A stretch of DNA of 64,000 bases from Eledone cirrhosa (taxonomy: Eukaryota), in contig CAXHJY010000523.1 of assembly GCA_964016885.1 (NCBI GenBank), positions 62,001-126,000 of the forward strand, read 5' to 3'. The notes beneath the pieces were generated by a model, which had not been told where the DNA came from, ran no database searches, and was given only the letters and a program-made list of their open reading frames with translations. The translations under genes were made by a program, and so were the position numbers. Of this stretch, positions 28,370 to 43,000 are shown piece after piece. How positions within the stretch are numbered: the stretch's first letter is position 1; each line of letters begins with the position of its first letter.

Positions 28370-31021
28370 TGAATAACCACAGTGACACTAGTTGACTGTA
28401 TCACACACATACAGGCTGAATATCCACAGTGACACTAGTTGACTGTAAGACAAACACACACAAGCTGAAAATACACAGTGACACTAGTTGACAGTAAGAC
28501 ACACACACACACACACACAGGCTGAATATCCACAGTGACACTGGTTGACAGTAAGACACACACACAGGCTGAATATCCACAGTGACACTAGTTGACAGTA
28601 AGACACACACACAGGCTGAATATCCACAGTGACACTAGTTGACTCTAAGTCACACTCACACAGGCTGAATATCCCCAGTGACACTAGTTGACAGTAAGCC
28701 ACACACACACAGGCTGAATATCCACAGTGAAACTAGTTGACTGTATCACACACATACGGGCTGAATATCCACAGTGACACTAGTTGACAGCAAGACACAC
28801 ACACACAGGCTGAATAACCACAGTGACACTAGTTGACTGTATCACACACATACGGGCTGAATAACCACAGTGACACTAGTTGACAGTAAGACACACACAC
28901 ACAGGCTGAATAACCACTGTGACACTAGTTGAGAGTATCACACACATACGGGCTGAATATCCACAGTGACACTAGTTGAGAGTAAGACACACATACACAG
29001 GTTGAATATCCACAGTGACACTAGTTGACAGTAAGACACACACAGGCTGAATATCCACAGTGACACTAGTTGACAGTAAGACACACACGCACAGGTTGAA
29101 TATCCACAGTGACACTATTTGACAGTAAGACACACACAGGCTGAATATCCACAGTGACACTAGTTGACAGTAAGACACACACGCACAGGCTGAATAACCA
29201 GAGTGACACTAGTTGACTGTATCACACACACACAGGCTGAATATCCACAGTGACACTAGTTGACAGTAAGACAGACACACACACAGGCTGAATATCCACA
29301 GTGACACTAGGTGACAGTAAGACACACACAGGCTGAATATCCACAGTGACACTAGTTGACAGTAAGACACACACACACACAGGCTGAATAACCACAGTGA
29401 CACTAGTTGACAGTAAGACACACACACAGGCTGAATATCCATAGTGACACTAGTTGACAGTAAGACACACAGGCTGAATATCCACAGTGACACTAGTTGA
29501 CAGTAAGACACACACACACAGGCTGAATATCCACAGTGACACTAGTTGACAGTAAAAGAGACACACACACAGGCTGAATATCCACAGTGACACTAGTTGA
29601 CAGTAAGACACACACACACACAGGCTGAATATCCACAGTGACACTAGTTGACAGTAAGAGACACACACACACAGGCTGAATAACCACAGTGACACTAGTG
29701 GACAGTAAGACACACACACAGGCTGAATATCCATAGTGACACTAGTTGACAGTAAGACACACAGGCTGAATATCCACAGTGACACTAGTTGACAGTAAAA
29801 CAGACACACACACAGGCTGAATATCCACAGTGACAATAGTTGACAGTAAGACACACACACACACAGGCTGAATATCCACAGTTACACAAGCTGACAGTAA
29901 GACACCCTACCCACAGGCTGAATTACCACAGTGACACTAGTTGACTGTATCACACAAACACAGCTGAATATCCACAGTGACACTAGCTGACAGTAAGACA
30001 CACACACACAGGTTGAAAATCCACAGTGACACTAGTTGAGAGTAATACACACACACACAGGCTGAATACCCACAGTGACACTAGTTGACAGTAAGACACA
30101 CACAGGCTGAATATCCACAGTGAGACTAGCTGACAGTAAGACACACACACACAGGCTGAATAACCACAGTGACACTAGTTGACTGTATCATACACATACA
30201 GGCTGAATATCCACAGTGACACTAGTTGACAGTAAGACAAACACACACAGGCTGAAAATACACAGTGACACTAGTTGACAGTAAGACACACACACACACA
30301 CACACAGGCTGAATATCCACAGTGACACTGGTTGACAGTAAGACACACACACAGGCTGAATATCCACAGTGACACTAGTTGACAGTAAGACACACACACA
30401 GGCTGAATATCCACAGTGACACTAGTTGACCCTAAGTCACACTCACACAGGCTGAATATCCCCAGTGACACTAGTTGACAGTAAGACACACACACACAGG
30501 CTGAATATCCACAGTGAAACTAGTTGACTGTATCACACACATACGGGCTGAATATCCACAGTGACACTAGTTGACAGCAAGACACACACACACAGGCTGA
30601 ATAACCACAGTGACACTAGTTGACTGTATCACACACATACGGGCTGAATAACCACAGTGACACTAGTTGGCAGTAAGACACACACACACAGGCTGAATAA
30701 CCACTGTGAAACTAGTTGAGATTATCACACACATACGGGCTGAATATCCACAGTGACACTAGTTAAGAGTAAGACACACATACACAGGTTGAATATCCAC
30801 AGTGACACTAGTTGACAGTAAGACACACACAGGCTGAATATCCACAGTGACACTAGTTGACAGTAAGACACACACGCACAGGTTGAATATCCACAGTGAC
30901 ACTAGTTGACAGTAAGACACACACAGGCTGAATATCCACAGTGACACTAGTTGACAGTAAGACACACACGCACAGGCTGAATAACCAGAGTGACACTAGT
31001 TGACTGTATCACACACACACA
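28370..31021. repeat. 1787-bp sub-HOR (about 1.5 copies) nested in the 6899-bp unit; a further related copy lies at ~39300-41040
   Basis: ORFs 28401/30188, 28484/30271, 28972/30759 and 36349/40336. Markers GAC(T/C)CTAAGTCACACTCAC and CACCCTACCCAC (~29903, ~36802, ~40789). Confidence 0.87.
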
Positions 31022-34000
31022 GGCTGAATATCCACAGTGACACTAGTTGACAGTAAGACACACACACACAGGCTGAATTTACAGAATGACACTAGTTGAC
31101 AGTAAGACGCACACACATAGGCTGAATATCCAGTGACACTAGTTGACAGTAAGACACACACACACAGGCTGAATAACCACAGTGACACTAGTTGACTGTA
31201 TCACACACATACGGGCTGAATATCCACAGTGACACTAGTTGACAGTAAGACACACACAGGCTGAATATCCAGAGTAACACTAGTTGACAGTAAGACACAC
31301 ACACACAGGTTGAATAACCACACTGACACTAGCTGACAGTAAGACACACACACACAGGCTGAATATCCACAGTGACACTAGTTGACGGTAAGACAGACAC
31401 ACACACAGGCTGAATATCCACAGTGACACTAGTTGACAGTAAGACACACACACACAGGCTGAATATCCACAGTGACACATGTTGACAGTAAGACACACAC
31501 ACACAGGCTGAATATCCGCAGTGACACTAGTTGACAGTAAGACACACACACACACAGGCTGAATATCCACAGTGACACTAGTTGACAGTAAGACACACAC
31601 ACACACACACAGGCTGAATATTCACAGTGACACTAGTTGACAGTAAGACACACACACACACAGGCTGAATATCCCCAGTGACACTAGTTGACAGCAAGAA
31701 ACACACACACATAGGCTGAATACCCACAGTGACACTAGTTGACTGTAAGACACACACAGGCTGAATATCCACAGTGACACTAGTTGACAGTAAGACACAC
31801 ACACACAGGCTGAATATCAACAGTGACACTAGTTGACTTTAAGACACACACAGGCTGAATATCCACAGTGACACTAGTTGACGGCAAGACACACATACAC
31901 AGGCTGAATATCCAGAGTGATACTAGCTGACAGTAAGACACACACAGGCTGAATATCCACAGTGACACTAGTTGACTGTAAGACACACACAGGCTGAATA
32001 TCAACAGTGACACTAGTTGACAGTAAGACACACACAGGCTGAATATCCACAGTGACACTAGTTGACTGTCAGACACACAGGCTGAATATCCACAGTGATA
32101 CTAGCTGACAGTAAGACAGACACACACACAGGCTGAATATCCACAGTGACACTAGTTGACAGTAAGACATACACACACAGGCTGAATAACCACAGTGACA
32201 CTAGTTGACAGTAAGACACACACACAGGCTGAATATCCACAGTAACGCTAGTTGACAGTAAGACAGACACACACAGGCTGAATAACCACAGTGACACTAG
32301 TTGAGAGTAAGACACACACACACAGGCGTAATATCCACAGTGACAATATTTGACAGTAAGACACACGCACACAGGCTGAATATCCACAGTGACACTAGTT
32401 GACTGTAAGACACACACACACAGGCTGAATATACAGAACGACACTATTTGACAGTAAGAAGCACACACATAGGTTGAATATCCACAGTGACACTAGTTGA
32501 CAGTAAGACACACACAGGCTGAATATCCACAGTGACACTAGCTGACAGTAAGACACACACACACAGGCTAAATAACCACAGTGACACTAGTTGACTGTAT
32601 CACACACACACAGGCTGAATATCCACAGTGACACTAGTTGACAGTAAGACACACACACACACAGGCTGAATATCCACAGTGACACTAGTTGACAGTAAGA
32701 CACACACACACAGGCTGAATATCCACAGTGACACAAGTTGACAGTAAGACACACACACACAGGCTGAATATTCACAGTGACACTAGTTGACAGTAAGACA
32801 CACACACACAGGCTGAATATCCACAGTGACACTAGTTGACAGTAAGACACACACACACAGACTGTATAACCACAGTAACAATAGTTGACTGTATCACACA
32901 CATACGGGCTGAATATCCACAGTGACACTAGTTGACAGTAAGACACGCACACACAGGCTGAAATTCCACAGTGACACTAGTTGACAGTAAGACACACACA
33001 CACACACAGGCTGAATATCCACAGTGACACTAGTTGACAGTAAGACATACACACACACAGGCTGAATATCCACAGTGACACTAGTTGACAGTAAGACACA
33101 CACACACAGGCTGAATATCAACAGTGACACTAGTTGACTGTAAGACACACACAGGCTGAATATCCACAGTGACACTAGTTGACGGCAAGACACACATACA
33201 CAGGCTGAATATCCACAGTGATACTAGCTGACAGTAAGACAAACACAGGCTGAATATCCACAGTGACACTAGTTGACTGTAAGACACACACAGGCTGAAT
33301 ATCAACAGTGACACTAGTTGACAGTAAGACACACACAGGCTGAATATCCACAGTGACACTAGTTGACTGTCAGACACACAGGCTGAATATCCACAGTGAT
33401 ACTAGCTGACAGTAAGACAGACACACACACAGGCTGAATATCCACAGTGACACTAGTTGACAGTAAGACATACACACACAGGCTGAATAACCACAGTGAC
33501 ACTAGTTGACAGTAAGACACACACACAGGCTGAATATCCACAGTAACACTAGTTGACAGTAAGACAGACACACACACAGGCTGAATAACCACAGTGACAC
33601 TAGTTGACGGTAAGACACACACACATAGGTTGAATATCCACAGTGACACTAGTTGACAGTAAGACACACACAGGCTGAATATCCACAGTGACACTAGTTG
33701 ACTGTAAGACACACACACACAGGCTGAATATACAGAATGAAACTAGTTGACAGTAAGACGCACACACATAGGTTGAATATCCACAGTGACACTAGCTGAC
33801 AGTAAGACACACACAGGCTAAATAACCACAGTGACACTAGTTGACTGTATCACACACACAAAGGCTGAATATCCACAGTGACACTAGTTGACAGTAAGAC
33901 ACACACACACACAGGCTGAATATCCACAGTGACACTAGTTGACAGTAAGACACACACACACAGGCTGAATATCCACAGTGACACAAGTTGACAGTAAGAC

Positions 34001-37000
34001 ACACACACACAGGCTGAATATTCACAGTGACACTAGTTGACAGTAAGACACACACACACAGGCTGAATATCCACAGTGACACTAGTTGACAGTAAGACAC
34101 ACACACACAGACTGTATAACCACAGTAACAATAGTTGACTGTATCACACACATACGGGCTGAATATCCACAGTGACACTAGTTGACAGCAAGACACGCAC
34201 ACACAGGCTGAAATTCCACAGTGACACTAGTTGACAGTAAGACACACACACACACACAGGCTGAATATCCACAGTGACACTAGTTGACAGTAAGACATAC
34301 ACACACACAGGCTGAATATCCACAGTGACACTAGTTGACAGTAAGACACACACACACAGGCTGAATATCAACAGTGACACTAGTTGACTGTAAGACACAC
34401 ACAGGCTGAATATCCACAGTGACACTAGTTGACGGCAAGACACACATACACAGGCTGAATATCCACAGTGATACTAGCTGACAGTAAGACAAACACAGGC
34501 TGAATATCCACAGTGACACTAGTTGACTGTAAGACACACACAGGCTGAATATCAACAGTGACACTAGTTGACAGTAAGACACACACAGGCTGAATATCCA
34601 CAGTGACACTAGTTGACTGTCAGACACACAGGCTGAATATCCAGAGTGATACTAGCTGACAGTAAGACAGACACACACACAGGCTGAATATCCACAGTGA
34701 CACTAGTTGAAAGTAAGACATACACACACAGGCTGAATAACCACAGTGACACTAGTTGACAGTAAGACACACACACAGGCTGAATATCCACAGTAACACT
34801 AGTTGATAGTAAGACAGACAGACACACAGGCTGAATAACCACAGTGACACTAGTTGACAGTAAGACACGCACACATAGGTTGAATATCCACAGTGACACT
34901 AGTTGACAGTAAGACACACACAGGCTGAATATCCACAGTGACACTAGTTGACTGTAAGACACACACACACAGGCTGAATATACAGAATGAAACTAGTTGA
35001 CAGTAAGACGCACACACATAGGTTGAATATCCACAGTGACACTAGCTGACAGTAAGACACACACACACAGGCTAAATAACCACAGTGACACTAGTTGACT
35101 GTATCACACACACACAGGCTGAATATCCACAATGACACTAGTTGACAGTAAGACACACACACACACAGGCTGAATATCCACAGTGACACTAGTTGACAGT
35201 AAGACACACACACACAGGCTGAATATCCACAGTGACACTAGCTGACAGTAAGACACACACACACAGGCTGAATAACCACAGTGACACTAGTTGACTGTAT
35301 CACACACATACAGGCTGAATATCCACAGTGACACTAGTTGACTGTAAGACAAACACACACAAGCTGAAAATACACAGTGACACTAGTTGACAGTAAGACA
35401 CACACACACACACACACAGGCTGAATATCCACAGTGACACTGGTTGACAGTAAGACACACACACAGGCTGAATATCCACAGTGACACTAGTTGACAGTAA
35501 GACACACACACAGGCTGAATATCCACAGTGACACTAGTTGACTCTAAGTCACACTCACACAGGCTGAATATCCCCAGTGACACTAGTTGACAGTAAGCCA
35601 CACACACACAGGCTGAATATCCACAGTGAAACTAGTTGACTGTATCACACACATACGGGCTGAATATCCACAGTGACACTAGTTGACAGCAAGACACACA
35701 CACACAGGCTGAATAACCACAGTGACACTAGTTGACTGTATCACACACATACGGGCTGAATAACCACAGTGACACTAGTTGACAGTAAGACACACACACA
35801 CAGGCTGAATAACCACTGTGACACTAGTTGAGAGTATCACACACATACGGGCTGAATATCCACAGTGACACTAGTTGAGAGTAAGACACACATACACAGG
35901 TTGAATATCCACAGTGACACTAGTTGACAGTAAGACACACACAGGCTGAATATCCACAGTGACACTAGTTGACAGTAAGACACACACGCACAGGTTGAAT
36001 ATCCACAGTGACACTATTTGACAGTAAGACACACACAGGCTGAATATCCACAGTGACACTAGTTGACAGTAAGACACACACGCACAGGCTGAATAACCAG
36101 AGTGACACTAGTTGACTGTATCACACACACACAGGCTGAATATCCACAGTGACACTAGTTGACAGTAAGACAGACACACACACAGGCTGAATATCCACAG
36201 TGACACTAGGTGACAGTAAGACACACACAGGCTGAATATCCACAGTGACACTAGTTGACAGTAAGACACACACACACACAGGCTGAATAACCACAGTGAC
36301 ACTAGTTGACAGTAAGACACACACACAGGCTGAATATCCATAGTGACACTAGTTGACAGTAAGACACACAGGCTGAATATCCACAGTGACACTAGTTGAC
36401 AGTAAGACACACACACACAGGCTGAATATCCACAGTGACACTAGTTGACAGTAAAAGAGACACACACACAGGCTGAATATCCACAGTGACACTAGTTGAC
36501 AGTAAGACACACACACACACAGGCTGAATATCCACAGTGACACTAGTTGACAGTAAGAGACACACACACACAGGCTGAATAACCACAGTGACACTAGTGG
36601 ACAGTAAGACACACACACAGGCTGAATATCCATAGTGACACTAGTTGACAGTAAGACACACAGGCTGAATATCCACAGTGACACTAGTTGACAGTAAAAC
36701 AGACACACACACAGGCTGAATATCCACAGTGACAATAGTTGACAGTAAGACACACACACACACAGGCTGAATATCCACAGTTACACAAGCTGACAGTAAG
36801 ACACCCTACCCACAGGCTGAATTACCACAGTGACACTAGTTGACTGTATCACACAAACACAGCTGAATATCCACAGTGACACTAGCTGACAGTAAGACAC
36901 ACACACACAGGTTGAAAATCCACAGTGACACTAGTTGAGAGTAATACACACACACACAGGCTGAATACCCACAGTGACACTAGTTGACAGTAAGACACAC

Positions 37001-40000
37001 ACAGGCTGAATATCCACAGTGAGACTAGCTGACAGTAAGACACACACACACAGGCTGAATAACCACAGTGACACTAGTTGACTGTATCACACACAAACAG
37101 GCTGAATATCCACAGTGACACTAGTTGACAGTAAGACAAACACACACAGGCTGAAAATACACAGTGACACTAGTTGACAGTAAGACACACACACACACAC
37201 ACACAGGCTGAATATCCACAGTGACACTGGTTGACAGTAAGACACACACACAGGCTGAATATCCACAGTGACACTAGTTGACAGTAAGACACACACACAG
37301 GCTGAATATCCACAGTGACACTAGTTGACCCTAAGTCACACTCACACAGGCTGAATATCCCCAGTGACACTAGTTGACAGTAAGACACACACACACAGGC
37401 TGAATATCCACAGTGAAACTAGTTGACTGTATCACACACATACGGGCTGAATATCCACAGTGACACTAGTTGACAGCAAGACACACACACACAGGCTGAA
37501 TAACCACAGTGACACTAGTTGACTGTATCACACACATACGGGCTGAATAACCACAGTGACACTAGTTGGCAGTAAGACACACACACACAGGCTGAATAAC
37601 CACTGTGAAACTAGTTGAGATTATCACACACATACGGGCTGAATATCCACAGTGACACTAGTTAAGAGTAAGACACACATACACAGGTTGAATATCCACA
37701 GTGACACTAGTTGACAGTAAGACACACACAGGCTGAATATCCACAGTGACACTAGTTGACAGTAAGACACACACGCACAGGTTGAATATCCACAGTGACA
37801 CTAGTTGACAGTAAGACACACACAGGCTGAATATCCACAGTGACACTAGTTGACAGTAAGACACACACGCACAGGCTGAATAACCAGAGTGACACTAGTT
37901 GACTGTATCACACACACACAGGCTGAATATCCACAGTGACACTAGGTGACAGTAAGACACACACAGGCTGAATATCCACAGTGACACTAGTTGACAGTAA
38001 GACACACACACACACAGGCTGAATAACTACAGTGACACTAGTTGACAGTAAGACACACACACAGGCTGACTATCCATAGTGACACTAGTTGACAGTAAGA
38101 CACACACACACAGGCTGAATATCCACAGTGACACTAGTTGACAGTAAAAGAGACACACACACAGGCTGAATATCCACAGTGACACTAGTTGACAGTAAGA
38201 CACACACACACACAGGCTGAATATCCACGGTGACACTAGTTGACAGTAAGACACACACACACAGGCTAAATAACCACAGTGACACTAGTTGACAGTAAGA
38301 CACACACACAGGCTGAATATCCATAGTGACACTAGTTGACAGTAAGACACACAGGCTGAATATCCACAGTGACACTAGTTGACAGTAAGACACACACACA
38401 CAGGCTGAATATCCACAGTGACACTAGTTGACAGTAAAACAGACACACACACAGGCTGAATATCCACAGTGACACTAGTTGACAGTAAGAAACACACACA
38501 CACAGGCTGAATTACCACAGTGACACTAGTTGACTGTATCACACAAACACAGCTGAATATCCACAGTGACACTAGCTGACAGTAAGACAGACACACACAC
38601 AGGCTGAATAACCACAGTGACACTAGTTGACAGTAAGACACGCACACATAGGTTGAATATCCACAGTGACACTAGTTGACAGTAAGACACACACAGGCTG
38701 AATATCCACAGTGACACTAGTTGACTGTAAGACACACACACACAGGCTGAATATACAGAAAGAAACTAGTTGACAGTAAGACGCACACACATAGGTTGAA
38801 TATCCACAGTGACACTAGCTGACAGTAAGACACACACACACAGGCTAAATAACCACAGTGACACTAGTTGACTGTATCACACACACACAGGCTGAATATC
38901 CACAGTGACACTAGTTGACAGTAAGACACACACACACACACACAGGCTGAATATCCACAGTGACACTAGTTGACAGTAAAAGAGACACACACACAGTCTG
39001 AATATCCACAGTGACACTAGTTGACAGTAAGACACACACACACAGACTGAATAACCACAGTAACAATAGTTGACTGTATCACACACATACGGGCTGAATA
39101 TCCACATTGACACTAGTTGACAGTAAGACACACACACACAGGCTGAAATTCCACAGTGACACTAGTTGACAGTAAGACACACACACACATACATACAGGC
39201 TGAATATCCACAGTGACACTAGTTGAGAGTAAGACACACACACACAGGCTGAATATCCACAGTGACACTAGCTGACAGTAAGACACACACACACACAGGC
39301 TGAATAACCACAGTGACACTAGTTGACTGTATCACACACATACAGGCTGAATATCCACAGTGACACTAGTTGACAGTAAGACACACACACACAGGCTGAA
39401 AATACACAGTGACACTAGTTGACAGTAAGACACACACACACACACACACACAGGCTGAATATCCACAGTGACACTGGTTGACAGTAAGACACACACACAG
39501 GCTGAATATCCACAGTGACACTAGTTGACAGTAAGACACACACACAGGCTGAATATCCACAGTGACACTAGTTGACCCTAAGTCACACTCACACAGGCTG
39601 AATATCCCCAGTGACACTAGTTGACAGTAAGACACACACACACAGGCTGAATATCCACAGTGAAACTAGTTGACTGAATCACACACATACGGGCTGAATA
39701 TCCACAGTGACACTAGTTGACAGCAAGACACACACACACAGGCTGAATAACCACAGTGACACTAGTTGACTGTATCACACACACACAGGCTGAATATCCA
39801 CAATGACACTAGTTGACAGTAAGACACACACACACAGGCTGAATAACCACTGTGACACTAGTTGAGAGTATCACACACATACGGGCTGAATATCCACAGT
39901 GACACTAGTTGAGAGTAAGACACACATACACAGGCTGAATATCCACAGTGACACTAGTTGACAGTAAGACACACACAGGCTGAATATCCACAGTGACACT

Positions 40001-43000
40001 AGTTGACAGTAAGACACACACGCACAGGTTGAATATACACAGTGACACTAGTTGACAGTAAGACACACACAGGCTGAATATCCACAGTGACACTAGTTGA
40101 CAGTAAGACACACACGCACAGGCTGAATAACCAGAGTGACACTAGTTGACAGTAAGACAGACACACACACAGGCTGAATATCCACAGTGACACTAGGTGA
40201 CAGTAAGACACACACAGGCTGAATATCCACAGTGACACTAGTTGACAGTAAGACACACACACACACAGGCTGAATAACCACAGTGACACTAGTTGACAGT
40301 AAGACACACACACAGGCTGAATATCCATAGTGACACTAGTTGACAGTAAGACACACAGGCTGAATATCCACAGTGACACTAGTTGACAGTAAGACACACA
40401 CACACAGGCTGAATATCCACAGTGACACTAGTTGACAGTAAAAGAGACACACACACAGGCTGAATATCCACAGTGACACTAGTTGACAGTAAGACACACA
40501 CACACACAGGCTGAATATCCACAGTGACACTAGTTGACAGTAAGACACACACACACACAGGCTGAATAACCACAGTGACACTAGTGGACAGTAAGACACA
40601 CACACAGGCTGAATATCCATAGTGACACTAGTTGACAGTAAGACACACAGGCTGAATATCCACAGTGACACTAGTTGACAGTAAAACAGACACACACACA
40701 GGCTGAATATCCACAGTGACAATAGTTGACAGTAAGACACACACACACACAGGCTGAATATCCACAGTTACACAAGCTGACAGTAAGACACCCTACCCAC
40801 AGGCTGAATTACCACAGTGACACTAGTTGACTGTATCACACAAACACAGCTGAATATCCACAGTGACACTAGCTGACAGTAAGACACACACACACAGGCT
40901 GAAAATCCACAGTGACACTAGTTGAGAGTAATACACACACACACAGGCTGAATACCCACAGTGACACTAGTTGACAGTAAGACACACACAGGCTGAATAT
41001 CCACAGTGAGACTAGCTGACAGTAAGACACACACACACAGGCTGAATATCCACAGTGACACTAGTTGACTGTATCACACACATACAGGCTGAATATCCAC
41101 AGTGACACTAGTTGAGAGTAAGACACACACACACAGGCTGAATATCCACAGTGACACTAGTTGACAGTAAGACACACACACACGGGCTGAATATCCACAG
41201 TGACACTAGTTGACAGTAAGACACACACACACACAGGCTGAATATCCACGGTGACACTAGTTGACAGTAAGACACACACACACAGGCTGAATATCCCCAG
41301 TGACACTAGTTGACAGCAAGACACACACAAGCTAAATATCCACAGTGACACTAGTTGACTGTAAGACACACACAGGCTGAATATCAACAGTGACACTAGT
41401 TGACAGTAAGACACACAGGCTGAATATCCACGGTGACACTTGTTGACTGTAAGACACACAGGCTGAATATCCACAGTGAAACTAGTTGACAGTAAGACAC
41501 ACACACACAGGCTGAATATCCACAGTGACACTAGTTGACAGTAAGACACACACACACAGGCTGAATATCGACAGTGACACTAGTTGACAGTAAGACAGAC
41601 ACACACACAGGCTAAATATCCACAGTGACACTAGTTGACAGTAAGACACACACACACAGGCTGAATATCAACAGTGACACTAGTTGACAGTAAGACACAC
41701 ACAGGCTGAATATCCACAGTGACACTAGTTGACATTAAGACACACACACACAGGCTGAATAACAACAGTGACAGTAGTTGACTGTATCACACACATACGG
41801 GCTGAATATCCACAGTGACACTAGTTGACAGTAAGACACACACAAGCTGAATATCCACAGTGACACTAGTTGACAGTAAGATACACAAACACAGGCTGAA
41901 TAACCACAGTGACACTAGTTGACAGTAAGACAGACACAGGCTGAATATCCACAGTGACACTAGCTGACAGTAAGACACACGGACACAGGCTGAATATCCA
42001 CAGTGACACTAGTTGACAGTACGACACACACACACACAGGCTGAATATCCACAGTGACACTAGTTGACAGTAAGGAACACAGACACACAGGCTGAATATC
42101 CACAGTGACTCTAGTTGACAGTAAGACACACGCACACAGGCTGAATATCCACAGTGACACTAGTTGACAGTAAGACACACACACACACAGGCTGAATATC
42201 CACAGTGACACTAGTTGACAGTCAGGAACACAGACACACAGGCTGAATATCCACAGTGACTCTAGTTGACAGTAAGACACACGCACACAGGCTGAATATC
42301 CACAGTGACACTAGTTGACAGTAAGACACACACACACACAGGCTGAATATCCACAGTGACACTAGTTGACAGTAAGACACACAGACACACAGGCTGAATA
42401 TCCACAGTGACACTAGTTGACAGTAAGGCACACACACACACAGGCTGAATATCCACAGTGACACTAGTTGACAGTAAGACACACACACACACAGGCTGAA
42501 TATCCACAGTGACACTAGTTGACAGTAAGGAACACAGACACACAGGCTGAATATCCACAGTGACACTAGTTGACAGTAAGACACACACAAACACCGGCTG
42601 AATATCCACAGTGACACTAGTTGACAGTAAGACACACACAGGCTGAATATCCACAGTGACACTAGCTGACAGTAAGACACACGCACACAGGCTGAATATC
42701 CACAGTGACACTAGTTGACAGTAAGACACACACACACACAGGCTGAATATCCACAGTGACACTAGTTGACAGTAAGACACACACACACAGGCTGAATATC
42801 CACAGTGACACTAGTTGACAGTAAAACAGACACACTCACAGGCTGAATATCCACAGTGACACTAGTTGACAGTAAGACACACACACACACAGGCTGAATT
42901 ACCACAGTGACACTAGTTGACTGTATCACACACACACAGCTGAATATCCACAGTGACACTAGCTGACAGTAAGACACACACACACAGGCTGAAAATCCAC

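Larger units (their letters stand above)
24123..37920. repeat. Near-identical 6899-bp tandem duplication (copies ~24123-31021 and 31022-37920), domain C
   Basis: The rare marker GGCTGAATTTACAGAATG is at 24172 and 31071. ORF pairs keep offset 6899 from 24381/31280 to 30759/37658. Confidence 0.95.
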
